A stretch of 62,604 bases of DNA, the filler included, from Globobulimina sp. (Eukaryota), in assembly GCA_003354225.1 (NCBI GenBank). It is 20 parts of 20 records of this genome, joined end to end, with 100 filler letters (N's around TTAATTAATTAA, not from the genome) between each part and the next. Parts side by side here need not be neighbours in the genome. Positions count along the whole stretch, not along the records: positions 47,039 to 50,072 come from PIVH01003944.1; positions 50,173 to 53,205 come from PIVH01003945.1; positions 53,306 to 56,338 come from PIVH01003946.1; positions 56,439 to 59,471 come from PIVH01003947.1; positions 59,572 to 62,604 come from PIVH01003948.1; 15 more parts are not named here. One strand, written 5' to 3'. Under the pieces are notes generated by a model. The model saw only the letters and a program-made list of their open reading frames with translations, was not told where the DNA came from and searched no databases. The stretch's first letter is position 1, and each line of letters opens with the position of its first letter. Position numbers and translations under genes: made by a program. Shown piece by piece: positions 47,039 to 59,755 of the stretch.

Positions 47039-49188
47039 AATTAGCACAAAACTTAAACAAAAACGATTTGAATGAGATAATCAATTCCATCCACACAATG
47101 TCAATCAATCCAAATGATATCGATAATAGTAATAACAGACAGGTTATTGATGAAAATATTAAGCTATCGTCAGATTTAAAATGCACATTATATCCCCATC
47201 AGACATATGGCTATCAATGGATGATAACTCGGGAAACCCATTGCTGTGATGGCCAACCGTATGGCGGTATAATTGCGGATGAAATGGGTTTGGGCAAAAC
47301 AATGCAAATGATCGCTCTCATATTATCTAAACATAATATTCCAGTTCAACTTCCACATAATAATGATTTTCAAGCATGCGACAGTACGTTAATAATATGC
47401 CCAGTCTCTGTAATGAATCATTGGGAGAATGAGATCCGAAAACACACAAAACGCGGTGTCTTAGTCATACATAGATATCACGGAAATAATCGCTGCAAAA
47501 ATATAAAAAAATTAATAGCAAATTATAATGTAATTATAACGACTTATGGTTCTGTTCAAAGTGAATGGAATGGATGGAAAAAATTAGACGATGACCGAGG
47601 GAGTAAAATCAAAGAGATTCGGAAACAAATAGTTATGCTACAAAGACCATATATGAACAGGATACATAATGAGGAGAATGTGAGCAAATTGAAGAAATTA
47701 AAAATAAAATTACAAATGTTGCTCACTAAGAAATATAAAAAACCAATTTTATCCGAGATTTGTTTTCGTCGCATTGTGTTGGATGAAGCGCATCAAATTA
47801 AAAATTATAAATCAAAAACGCATAAATCTATTTGTGATCTATCGGCAAAGTGTTATTGGTTTATGACTGCCACGCCGATACAGAATAGTTTGGATGACTT
47901 ATATGCGGCATTCCATTTTTTGAAATATAAATATTACTCCAATTATAATAACTGGAAACAAGCAATCTTGACTCATTCGAGAGGTATACAGAAAATAAGG
48001 ACACTTTTGGCGATTATTATGTTGCGCCGAATGAAAAAAGATTATATTAAAAGTGATATTGAGTCACTTGACATTGACAGAGAAGATAAGAAAGTCATAC
48101 ACTTACCGCCAAAAAAGGCGGTGACACATTTAATTGAATTTAATGAGTATGAAAGATTTATTTATAAGCAGTTGGCGACCAATATGACGAAAATATTTGC
48201 TGGTTATCAAGAAAATAATTCCGTTGGAAAGAATTTCAGTCAATGTTTAAAAATGTTGTTGCAATTAAGACAGGCTTGCAATCATTTGATATTAATAAAA
48301 AATAGTGTTTATACAATACATTCAATATTAAAAAGTGGAGAAGATGACAATAATAATATGGATATTTCACAGTTGTTATCGGTTATGAATGAAAATGATA
48401 TGAATCATAGCGACGAATATCTGACAGAGATTAAAAATGCATTAGAATCGGGGAATGATGAATGTCCATTTTGCTTAGATACGATTGAAAATGTATCAAT
48501 TACAGATTGTGGGCATCGGTTTTGCACTCAATGTATAAATCAAATTATTGAGGAAAAAGAACGGGCTTTACAGAGAAAATTAAAATCAATTTATTCGACA
48601 AATAATTTGTATATTCAATGTCCGGTTTGTCGTAAAAAATTAAAAAAATCAAATATTACACAAATAATTGATAAAAATAAACAAAAGAATGGTACACAAT
48701 TTATAGAAAATGCAAATGAATATTTATGTAAACCCTCGTCAAAGTTGCAAAAATTAATGGAAATTCTTGAAAAGATAAAAGAAGAAGAAACATCATCTAA
48801 ATGTATTATATTTAGTCAATGGACATCAATGTTAGATATTATTGAGAAAGAATTAAAATATAACAATAAATATGGAGAATACTGTCGTTTGGACGGCAAA
48901 ATGACAGCCAATCAAAGAAGTAAAAGCATCAATAAATTAAATACGGATCGAAAGTGCTGGATAATGCTTATTTCATTAAAAGCAGGTGGTGTTGGATTAA
49001 ATTTAGTTGCCGCCAATCATGTATTTTTAATGGATATTTGGTGGAATCCAGCAGTCGAAGATCAAGCAATGGACAGAGTTCATAGAATTGGACAAACCAA
49101 AAATGTTACAATGCATAGGATTGTTATTGATAATTCTGTTGAACAAAAAGTGTTAACATTACAAGATAAAAAAAGGAAAATTGCGTAA
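47039..49188 (+). CDS. Rad5/Rad16/HLTF-like SNF2 helicase with RING finger, 5'-truncated
   Basis: GGIIADEMGLGKT, LDEAH, TATPIQN, LRQACNH, RING (CPFC...CGHRFC...CPVC), FSQW, SLKAGGVGLNL and WWNPAVEDQAMDRVHRIGQ. The frame continues past TAA 49186 to 49338. Confidence 0.92.
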
Positions 49189-49518
49189 GAAGCATTGAAT
49201 ATGAACAGGAACAGGAACAACAAAAATAAAAATAAAGAGAAACGAAGTGTGAATTTAAATGCTAGGGATTTAGTTGACTTATTTCGTGGCGATGTAATGA
49301 TTAATAATCGTAATAATTATAATAGAAATCGAATATGACAACATTTTATAATTTTTAATTTATTTAATTAATATACATTTGTGCTGGATAGCAAACCGTT
49401 TTTGTATACAACCTATCGATGAGGGTGATCTTTTCGAATATATCGTTGAGATTGCGCAATATCATGATAAGAACAAAAACATTACAATCCCAAAGTAAAC
49501 TTTTGTTGTTGTCAAATC

Positions 49519-50072
49519 ATGTCATTCTCACAAAAGGAGGGTAACACTGAAGAGAAAAAGGAAGACCTAAACGGTGATGTGGCATCATTAATATTCGAAT
49601 TTAAACGATGTCAATTTTTTTTGATTAAAAATGATCAACGTAAGCAATTAGCATCCGGTCCATTACAAATAATAACCAATGAGCCAGATCGTAGTGAAAT
49701 TGTATTTATATTTGCAGATTATCCAAACATTACGCACACTTTATGCATCTTAAAAAAACGACCAGCAATAAAAATGTGTGAATCCGATTATATTTTCATG
49801 AATGATTGTATTGATTCGTTTGGTTTATATATTGATATCGGGATAGAAAATGAACAAAATATCTCCATTCTGGCACAATTTGAACAATTAATATCAACTT
49901 ATTGCCATTTTAAAATATCATCCAAAATATTTCCAATTCATAAATATGCCATGAATGAGCAATTAGTGCTTGGTCCACCTGATAAAATAGCAATTGCTGG
50001 AATGAAATTAGCCGCACTGATATGTAAAGGAGCGGTGGGCACTGCAAAAGGTATAAGAAAAGCCACATTAAT
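49519..50072 (+). CDS. Possible spartin/senescence-domain protein (5' portion)
   Basis: A beta-rich N-terminal region (CQFFLIK...ASGPLQII) precedes the amphipathic A/G-rich helix KLAALICKGAVGTAKGIRKA. Truncated by the contig end. Confidence 0.4.
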
Positions 50073-50172
50073 NNNNNNNNNNNNNNNNNNNNNNNNNNNN
50101 NNNNNNNNNNNNNNNNTTAATTAATTAANNNNNNNNNNNNNNNNNNNNNNNNNNNNNNNNNNNNNNNNNNNN

Positions 50173-51347
50173 AAATATTGTTTGCCATACAAATACAATA
50201 AATATGGATTGACACAAATCCATGATTCAGATAAATTGTATTTCAATGCAGTGACATATAATTGAGCACTTCTTTTAAGATCCATTATATTTCCATATTT
50301 TTGTAAATACTTTCGAGGGTATTTAATATCCATTTGTCCACCAAGCTCATCATGAGTTTGTAAACTTGCTTGCATTGGTCCCAAACAAACAATATTGATA
50401 TCAATCTCATCATCTTGCAATTCAATTCGTACTGATTCAAAAAATCCATTTAAACCATGTTTGGTTAAAGAATAAAATGCGTAACCTGGACTGCCAATTT
50501 TTCCCACGAATGATGAAGTTACACAAATTTGATGCTTTTTGTGTTGACAAATTTTATCATTTTTATGCTGTCTCCATTGTTTCACAATACATTGAACCAA
50601 ACCAATTGGACCATACATATTAATTTCTGCGCATTCTCTAAATGTATCAAATGATGCATACTCAAACCTACATTTTTGTAATATTCCACTATTAATCACT
50701 AATATATCGACATCTCCAATTGTATCCAAAATATCTGAAATGTATTTCTCACCAAAATGTTTGTTTTGACTAAATTGCTTTATGTCTAAAGGCTTTATCA
50801 CAATATTAACATGTGGATTCAATTTCATACAATGCTTTGAAACTCGTTCCAATTCATTCCGCCGTCTTGCTGATATTATTAATGTTTTTGGTGCAGCTTT
50901 TTTTAAATTACAAAGATTATAAGCAATGAACTCTCCAACACCAGAACTAGCACCAACAATCCAAATTGTTTTATTTGCAAAATGATTTCTGTTTATAATA
51001 ACAGCAAATAGGTCCAGAAAATAGGTAATGAAATCGGAGTCAACGTTGAGAAACCATGTTATCACTAATAATAGTAAAATATTCATTGTGAATAATAATA
51101 TCACATTGGAATAATTAATATAAACATGCAAGCAAACTATGACATGGAATATATTAACAAATGTTAACGCAAATTTCTTGAATGATTCTGAACTATACTT
51201 GCCAACAACACTTAAAACAATACCTACCATTAAATTCATTGCTGTAACACATGTTAATTGTGATGTAAAACTGTTGACTAATCCAAGTATTAACTCCAAT
51301 ACAGCAAATGCATAAACAACGTTCGTTTTTGATGGGATAAATACCAT
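50173..51347 (-). CDS. Short-chain dehydrogenase/reductase, DHRS7-like, 3'-truncated
   Basis: N-terminal TMs, IWIVGASSGVGE, IISARRRNELERV, INSG, VTSS and YSLTK (YxxxK). Confidence 0.85.
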
Positions 51348-51728
51348 TTTTGATTAAAGACTTTTTTTTAGGAAACAGGAAACAGGTTGGTGGCACAAGG
51401 GGTCTGATGATTTTTTGGATTTTTTGGTGGATGGGGTGGTTTGATCGATTTATATTGATTTTTTGGATTTTTTAGAAGTAAAGTACATTTTTAGAGCCTA
51501 ATTTTGCGGAATTATGAAATTAAATATCTATTTTTGCAATTATGGATTTTGCAGCAGCCCAATTAGTGTGAGAAGAAAACCGCAACGTACCACCGCAGAA
51601 AAAAATTTTATCAGAATGCTTGGGGTAGGGGGGTTCAAGGTCATTATTTTGGTGCCACATGTCTGTTTCCTTGCATGTCAGAAATCTGTTCTAAAAAAAA
51701 AGTCTTTATTATTGATTATTACTGTTGA

Positions 51729-52664
51729 ATGATTTCTATTATTGGTTTCTATTATTGGTTTCTATTATTGTTTTCCTTACCTATCAGATTTGTTCATTAC
51801 GTTTCAGATTTGTTCATGGAGTTTATAATAACGTCTGTAAAAAATGCGTGGAATTCGTTTGCTATATCAAGAGGTCCAGAACAACAAATTGCAGCGTCAT
51901 ACACAATATCAATGCTGGTTACATTTTATTGGGTGGCATCTTTGGCATGGTTATTTGTCAACATTGTACTTGGAATAAATATGACGCCTTATGGCAGACT
52001 GAAAACCAAAACAGTAAAGTTTGAAATTCCAAGCAAAATTGTATGGTTTATTGTTGAAGTTGAACTATTTCTGATTGGTTTTTATTTTTTATTCCAATCA
52101 TTCAAAACTACATTTGAAATCGTTCCTATTGGCAACCGTATTTTGTTATCATTTTTTATTGCTCATTATTTTTATCGATCATGTATTTACCCAGTATTCA
52201 TCAAAAATGGAAAAACATTCAGTTTATCGTTTGTGATTTTAGGTTTAATGTTTAGTTTTAGTAATGGCTTATTGCAGTCTCTTTGTCTAACAAAATTTGA
52301 CAATTACAATATCCTTAATATTTACAGTAATAATTTTATGGTTGGCATAGTAATGTTTATTTCCGGGTTTTTAATCAATTTACATTCGGATTTTATTTTA
52401 ATAAATTTACGCAAGCATCACGAAACTGGATACAAGATTCCTTATGGAGGATTATTTAATTATGTTACTTGTCCAAACTACTTTGGTGAAGTTATGGAAT
52501 GGTTCGGATTTGCAATTGCTTGCAATAACAGTGGAGCATATGCGTTTGCTTTTTTTTCATTTTCAAATTTGTTTCCACGAGCTTTGGACTCACACAAATG
52601 GTATCAAGCGAAATTCAAAACGTATCCCAAAAATAGAAAAGCATTCATTCCATTTGTTGTGTGA
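51729..52664 (+). CDS. 3-oxo-5-alpha-steroid 4-dehydrogenase (steroid 5-alpha reductase/DET2-like)
   Basis: PYGR, HYFYRSCIYP, INLHSDFILINLRK..ETGYKIPYGGLFNYVTCPNYFGEVMEW, NLFPRA..HKWY and YPKNRKAFIPF. Confidence 0.92.
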   Translation: MISIIGFYYWFLLLFSLPIRFVHYVSDLFMEFIITSVKNAWNSFAISRGPEQQIAASYTISMLVTFYWVASLAWLFVNIVLGINMTPYGRLKTKTVKFEIPSKIVWFIVEVELFLIGFYFLFQSFKTTFEIVPIGNRILLSFFIAHYFYRSCIYPVFIKNGKTFSLSFVILGLMFSFSNGLLQSLCLTKFDNYNILNIYSNNFMVGIVMFISGFLINLHSDFILINLRKHHETGYKIPYGGLFNYVTCPNYFGEVMEWFGFAIACNNSGAYAFAFFSFSNLFPRALDSHKWYQAKFKTYPKNRKAFIPFVV

Positions 52665-53087
52665 TTTGTTGTTACATTCCGATTCTTACATCTGTTAATT
52701 TCCATTGTTTACTGAAAGTTGGTTCTAATCCCCGTTCCATGTGATTAAATATATGTAAAATACCAACAAATACACCAACAATCATTACACTTGCACCAGT
52801 TACAATAAGCACGAATGAACCACCAGCCAATTTTGTGATTTCATAGACAGTGTTTAATACATATTTAGCACACTTGTTTAATAATACGTACCTCGCTCTG
52901 ATGTGAATATCAGCATCAACTTTTACACTAAAAAATTGAAGGGGGGCAAATCAACTTGGGTTCCATTGGGTAATCAAAGAGCATCCGGTTTTCAGCGTCA
53001 GATTTTTATTGTTTCTGAGAAACGAGGGCAAACCTATATTATTTTTACCTTTATCAGTCACCAGAAACGGTTTGCTTATACCTTACC

Positions 53088-53152
53088 AGCTCAATGAGAG
53101 CATCTAATTAAAGAAGATTTGGGTTCAAATCCCACCATCACATTTTTTTTTT
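53088..53152 (+). pseudogene. Degenerate tRNA-like or SINE-like remnant
   Basis: D-arm-like GCTC-AATGA-GAGC, T-arm/B-box TGGG-TTCAAAT-CCCA, then a long oligo-T. No acceptor stem and no canonical anticodon arm. Confidence 0.4.
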
Positions 53153-53311
53153 CATCATAATTTAAAAAAACTATAATTTTTGTTTGTGTTTCGGTTGTGT
53201 ATGTTNNNNNNNNNNNNNNNNNNNNNNNNNNNNNNNNNNNNNNNNNNNNTTAATTAATTAANNNNNNNNNNNNNNNNNNNNNNNNNNNNNNNNNNNNNNN
53301 NNNNNAGATGA

Positions 53312-56300
53312 TCAATATACATGCTCCACATCTTTATAATGGACATGATAGCTCACCGTAATGCCATTGTATTTTGTCAATGCCTTCTTTAGCCATCGCG
53401 GGTTATTCCTGCAGGTGTTATAAATCCATGGTAACTCGGTATAGTTCAACATATCCGTTGCCAGCTTATTACTGTCAACAGGCTTAAATAAATACATATC
53501 TTCAGCACCAACACTTGTATCATCGCCACCAATTATTAATAAGCACCATCGCGAAAAATGTTTCTCTTTAAAAACATCTTCAAATGCATCTGCAGCGTCT
53601 CTCTGTCGTCCAAATAATTTATGTGCATAAATTCGTTTATATTCAATGCCTTTTGAACGAAAAAAGTCTTCATTTATGCCACAATCGGCTGCGGCTTTTG
53701 GAATGAACATCATATCAATTTGACGTGGTGCTGTTGACCCTGTTGTTGTTGCTGAAAATCCTGAAATATTAATATTCGAAAATTGCGATATATATCGGAG
53801 TATTCTCTGCATGTCATGCTTAATATATGTTTTTTCGTCAATTGCTTTAATTTCATCTTTTTCATCATCCTTTTCATCATATTCTTCGTTTTCATCATTG
53901 GTTGCTTCCATTTGTTTGTTCTGAACGGGCATAGCGATACATTTTAAATATTGACTTAAATAACTTTGAATTAAATAACTTGTCTGCTTTGGTATTTGTG
54001 ATAATAACTCAGATTTCGCCATAAAATCATTAATTGTCAAGTTATGACGGATAAGACATTGGTGATATGTATCAACGATAAATTGAGCCATTGGGGTTCC
54101 GGAAGTAATGCATTTCATTTCTAATTCAAGCAGTTTTTGATGCGGGTTTGGAATATTTGTCTTTATAAAATCAGAAATGTGCTTTGCGATGCCATGCTTG
54201 GAATAAATACTGCCAGAAAGGCCCTATATTGAGTGCAGACAACGTGTGAGGAGGCACGAAATGTATAACACAAGAACGTTGGAGAACATTTACTGAACCT
54301 TGACGAATGATTCATGTGTTGCCGAGAGTGATGTTATTTTAGTTTCATTGCGGATTAAATCCTTGGGTGCACAGCGAATAATAATATCATTCGATAAATG
54401 TGCTTTTGATGTTTGTTGATAAGAAGACATGGTATAATTTAGATGTTACAAGTATAATTTAAATGTTTTCACAAACACACTGGGATTATGCTGCTGCATA
54501 ATCGTGATCTTAAAACTTGATAAAAGTTATTTTCATTTCCTGTTACATTTTCTTCCAACTCCTTTTCAAAACATTCAACAAATGCGTTGAAATATTGTGC
54601 CAATCCATCATATAAATTATCGGTTGATTTTTTATTAAGATAACCGTTTATCTCCGTTTGCTGCAATCCATCATAGAAATGCATATTTTGTGAATTACAT
54701 TTCATTCGATTCAATTGTTCCAATGACAGTGGAAACACTGCCAAATGTTCCAGTTTCAATGCATTTGCTTCAAATAAGTGTACCATCAAAGCTTCAGATT
54801 TTAAATCTTCATTCAAACTCATAACATCTCCAAACGCCATGGATTGCAGAAATTTTGTTGGACTCTCCATTTCTGTTCAAAAGTTATCAAAACAAAATCA
54901 CCACAAATACATAATATATACAATACAACGCAACTAAAGTTCATTGAGAATGCAGTAAACCGAATATACGGACAACTTAAGCTTAATATTATGCTTTTGC
55001 ACCGACTGCTGTTTGATGAAAATGGTAACTTAATCACCAAATTATGTTCACAGTGCCTTGAATTTAAATCACTGTTCCATTCCACACATAGTATTTCATC
55101 ATTTATTAATGGTAACTTTACTGAATGTAATTGATTGTGCAATTCTGATATCATTCTATGTCTCAAATTAAAACACTCTGAAATATGAAATACATATTTA
55201 AAATACGCGTAGGTCCACATAAAAAACAAAAATGTAGAACAAAACTTTGTAATTGCTTTAAATGTGAAACTTTCAATGAATTCAACGGATTTTCGAAACT
55301 ATTTATGTACATCAAATGTGATGAAAATATAAATTAAAACAAAGACTTAACAATTTCGGTATTTTATGTAATATCAATTTTTTTATATCCAAAGATTGAA
55401 ACTTCCATTGTATGAAACCCAAAATGTCTTCACTTTCTTCACAAATTTTAAATGTGTTAGATTTCATTCTGTACGACAATAAAATCATATTTTCTGCATC
55501 ATAATGGAATAAATTACGATTCTTTTTAAATAAATGGCTATGAAAAACTTTATAATTTGAAATATTTAACAAATCATCATTATCAACACCGTCATTACCA
55601 AACCATTGTTTGTATTGTTTATGAGTTAAAAGTTTTTTTTGTTGCAACGCATCTCTTTTTATAATATGACATTCAACAAACGATTGAGTTTTATGTTCCA
55701 TGTCAATATCATCAGCATCTCCATCCTCATTATCATTGCTTTGAGTACCGGCTATAAATAAAAGTGTATTACAATTGACAGCTATCAACGATAACGGTGT
55801 AATAATATTAGTTTCAGATATGAATGGAATCCGTGTCAGAACTTTCTGATTTTTGATCAGTAATATTTTACATTCTCTGCCTGGTCGTTGCACTGCGATC
55901 CACCAATACCAATCCATATAATTTGAGTCGACAAATGACAACGAATTAGGTGAACATGTAACACATATTAAATAACGAAGATATGATTGAGGAATACATA
56001 GAGATAAATCCCATATTATATTTGCATTCATATCTGCTGTTTTATTACATTTACTATTGTTGTTATCACTGCTTTTTAGAGCTGACGATAACTGATATCT
56101 GGGATGGATTATTGACGGAGAGATAACAATTAATGGATTTAGAATGTTTGTGGGCCATGATCTGATATATCGAACTGATAATTTTGCATCATTTTGTATG
56201 GCAAATAATGCATAATATCGACCATTGTTTGTTGAAGCGTCCCTGATATCAAATAATAATATATTTGATACCAGATTGCAATCTAAATGTTTATTGATAG

Positions 56301-56338
56301 AAAATGTAAATATTTTCCATATAGATATAATTGAGTTT
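53312..56338 (-). CDS. Hypothetical protein(s), probably one multi-exon gene
   Basis: Successive co-oriented ORFs 55312..56031, 54819..55229, 54469..54870 and 53312..54118 have short gaps or overlaps. No family was recognised and the exon structure was not resolved. Confidence 0.4.
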
Positions 56339-56438
56339 NNNNNNNNNNNNNNNNNNNNNNNNNNNNNNNNNNNNNNNNNNNNTTAATTAATTAANNNNNN
56401 NNNNNNNNNNNNNNNNNNNNNNNNNNNNNNNNNNNNNN

Positions 56439-57166
56439 ATAATGACGCACATGAACCGGGATCTGAGCAGCAAACTGAACCACAGTCAGAGTCAGAACCA
56501 ACACCCGAACCCGAACCAGACGCACAAACTGCAACAGAAACAGCACAAGAAACAGCGCCACAAACTGCTACAGAAACAGTGCCTGAAATAGCGCCAGAAT
56601 CAGAGCCCAATGATAAGGCAGTGAGTAATGGCTATTCTATGGATGATAATAAAGAAAAAGAAGCAGAGCCCGTACCAGCGGCTTATAGTGACATTGCAAA
56701 GGAAGCACCAAAAGAGAAACATGAACAAGTTAAAATTTTGGAGAATGATGGTTTGCGACAACGTTCAGTCATATTAGTAACGGCCGACAATAATGAATTT
56801 ATTAAATTTTTGAAGAAGATATTAAAATCAAAATTGAGTGACAAGATATGGAATAAATGCGATCCTCATAAAAATGGCAGGATTGAAAGTGAAAAATTTA
56901 CGTATTTTTGGACTTTGCCGGTGACACTGTTCAAAGTTGCTATTTTTCAAAGGAAAAATGGCAATAAACAGAAACCAAAATTAGATCAAAAAGAATTAAA
57001 GAAAGATTTTATGCATTTGGCGACTTGGATTATTCGAAGATATGGTGAGAAACAGTCGGATGGCGGGGCTACGTTCGTGTTGACGCAGGAGAATTTTGCC
57101 AAAAATATTGTGGATTATGTGACGAGTTATGCTGATGCTAAAGGCGAATTATATGAACAATATTAA
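56439..57166 (+). CDS. Hypothetical protein with an E/P/T/A-rich low-complexity N-terminal part, 5'-truncated
   Basis: Frame is open from the contig start (EPTPEPEPDAQTATETA...) into ORF 56579..57166. Confidence 0.55.
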
Positions 57167-57351
57167 TTTGTTTCGATCGTTTTGATATGTTTTTTTGTAT
57201 TTTCCTTGTTCTTCGTTTGCTGTACAATATAGTTTATATCCTTGCACTTTGATATATATATGTTTTCGTTTGACGATGATATTAAAAACGATGATTTCTT
57301 GGATGTTTCCCTCAAACTACATAAATAAAAAACTTTGTTATCAAAAATCTG

Positions 57352-58974
57352 ATGGCCACAGCTACTGATGATTTTGAACGTGAATACTGCCAATTGGAGA
57401 ATTCTGAAGAGTCAGTTGACACAAAATCAGCGGGCTCAGCTCTCGAAATTTCAACATTGAAGAAAAAGGTACCAACGCGAACAAAAAAGCCATTAACAAG
57501 CAAACAACAGCTACTACGCTTTATAGATAAATATTTTATGTTGCTATCATTAGCGATAATAATTCCATTTGCATTTTTATATCCCATTGGTCACAACGAT
57601 GGGCCGTTACACCCAAAGATAACAAGTTCGTGGGTCGTGACAATAGTATTATTTTTCGGAATTGGTTTGGGTGTAAAACTAGAATATTTGAAGAGGTCGT
57701 GCATGTTCTGGCAAATGAATGTATTTTGCCATTTCGTCATATTTATATATTATCCATTGGTTGGTTTCACAATTTATCAGCTCACTCAATTATTGCCTAA
57801 TAATGTCATATCTGAGTCAATGGACGCATTGTTTGAAGGCATTATACTTTTATGCACATTGCCAGCCACCACAGCATCGGCCATTGTGTTCACCAGCAAC
57901 GCCAACGGAAATGAAGCAGCCGCCGCCATTAACTGCACAATGAGTAACTTGTTAGGCATCTTTATAACGCCTGTGCTAATTTGGCTGTTTATGGGCGCTG
58001 AAACCGCCATTGATGCGGGGGATATATTTTTCAAATTGAGCTTACGTGTAATTGCTCCATTTGTCCTCGCACAGATCATTCGAATTTTAATTGGTTCGAA
58101 AGGAAGACACAAATTAAAAGAGTTTAAACCTTATATCAAAAAAATCAACGAAGCGAGCTTGTTATATATGGTTTTTTGTGCATTAAGGTACAAAGAATAT
58201 AATTGTTGACAAATGTAACACATTTTTAATATGTTTTGCTTTCGAGCGCAGTTTGACGCGAATTTTGTGTGGTGGTTTAAAGCAAAAATGTTATATAACA
58301 AAAGTAAACTTAATGCAACAGCAAAAAGTTGCAAATGTGTTTCTAATTAATAGAAGTTGATATTTTATTCAATATAAAAGTTAATTCCGTTATGAAATAT
58401 ATTTTATTTTCGAATACAATGTCAACTTTTATCGTTAAGTGAGACAGTTTACCATGGCATGGACGCAGTGATTGGAGAGATGTTGGTGTTTTTAGTAGTG
58501 ATTATTTCGTTGCATTGCCACGGATATATTGCCATATGGTGTCTTTCTTCGTTATTCCGCTGTTGTTTAATGAACAAATCGCAGTCATTATTTATGGCAT
58601 TCACGGTCTATGATAGGATCGCGTGCATTTATTCAGGTGTCAGTAAGACGATAGCTTTGGGGATACCACTCATTGAAACTATATACGGTGACAATGAAAA
58701 GGTTGGCTTGTATATATTGCCCATTTTATGCTATCATCCAAGCAATTTAATTGTTGGATCGTTGATGGTGGAACCATTAAAGAAATTGGTTGCGAAAGAA
58801 AGGCAATTTATATCCTCATATATAGGCACTGCGTCATTTACTGATTTGATGCATGGCACGGATTATGGGACAATCCCACCCTTTAAAATTGGGCCAGATT
58901 CTACGTTTATATTTGCGCCATTCACTCCTTTACCGGATGAGTCCGACGAATATGAATCTATTTCGAGAAACTAA
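57352..58974 (+). CDS. SLC10A7-like sodium/bile acid symporter family protein, 2 exons
   Basis: LCTLPATTASAIVFTSNANGNEAAAAINCTMSNLLGIFITP, KTIALGIPLI and PILCYHPSNLIVGS. Intron 58188..58439 joins the ORFs in frame. Confidence 0.85.
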
Positions 58975-59755
58975 ATAAAAAAACTATATAAGATATATAT
59001 GAAAAAAGTTATGATCATGAAAATTTTTTTTATGAAAATGTCATGACTTTAACGTTTACATTTTTTTGATGAGTTTATGACTCACGACAACTGCTATAGT
59101 TATTTTGAGTGATATACGGCTGAAAACAAAACACAATATTTTATGCTGTTTTGTGTCGTGTTTTTGTGTGTTTTGTATTAAATTTATAATTACGAACCAT
59201 ATTTTGTGTCGTGCTTTGTAATTTTTTTTAAATGTGTCTCTGTTTTGTTTTTTACTTTTTACCAGTGCTTTAGACTAAGTCCAGCTTAAAATACGAGAAT
59301 CTGACATAAGTAATGATATAACCTAGTGGGGTCAAGACCCTGTAACCCCTGGGAAAAGTTAGATACGTTGAAGCAAGGTGTTTAAGAAACAAATTCTGAC
59401 AGATGGCACTACTAATTTAAAATTAATTCAGTCAACATATATAATTAAAATAATCTTTCAATCCAGTCAACNNNNNNNNNNNNNNNNNNNNNNNNNNNNN
59501 NNNNNNNNNNNNNNNTTAATTAATTAANNNNNNNNNNNNNNNNNNNNNNNNNNNNNNNNNNNNNNNNNNNNTTGTAACATTGTGACCCAGTTAATGTTTT
59601 CCGAACATGGCTTTGCGGATTGTTAATGAAATATCAATATAATGTCACCATATATGCAGCTGCTGAATATAATGATTATGAGTAGCTACAAGCTGCGATT
59701 ATGAGTAGCAACAAACAGATATTCCCCTGAATTCACAGAAACGATTAAGCAGAAT

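Noticed and set aside
49186-49188. Ciliate-type TAA=Gln genetic code
   Set aside because: Many genes here end properly at TAA, and ~1000-codon AT-rich ORFs have no internal TAA or TAG.
3038-59571. Regularly spaced TTAATTAATTAA repeats as a CRISPR array or biological repeat
   Set aside because: Each is embedded in fixed N runs between size-sorted contigs, so they are assembly linkers. ORF tails reading XXX..LIN are artefacts of them.
59675-59718. Tandem 23-bp duplication GATTATGAGTAGC(T/A)ACAA
   Set aside because: Only two copies and no spacer structure; an ordinary local duplication.
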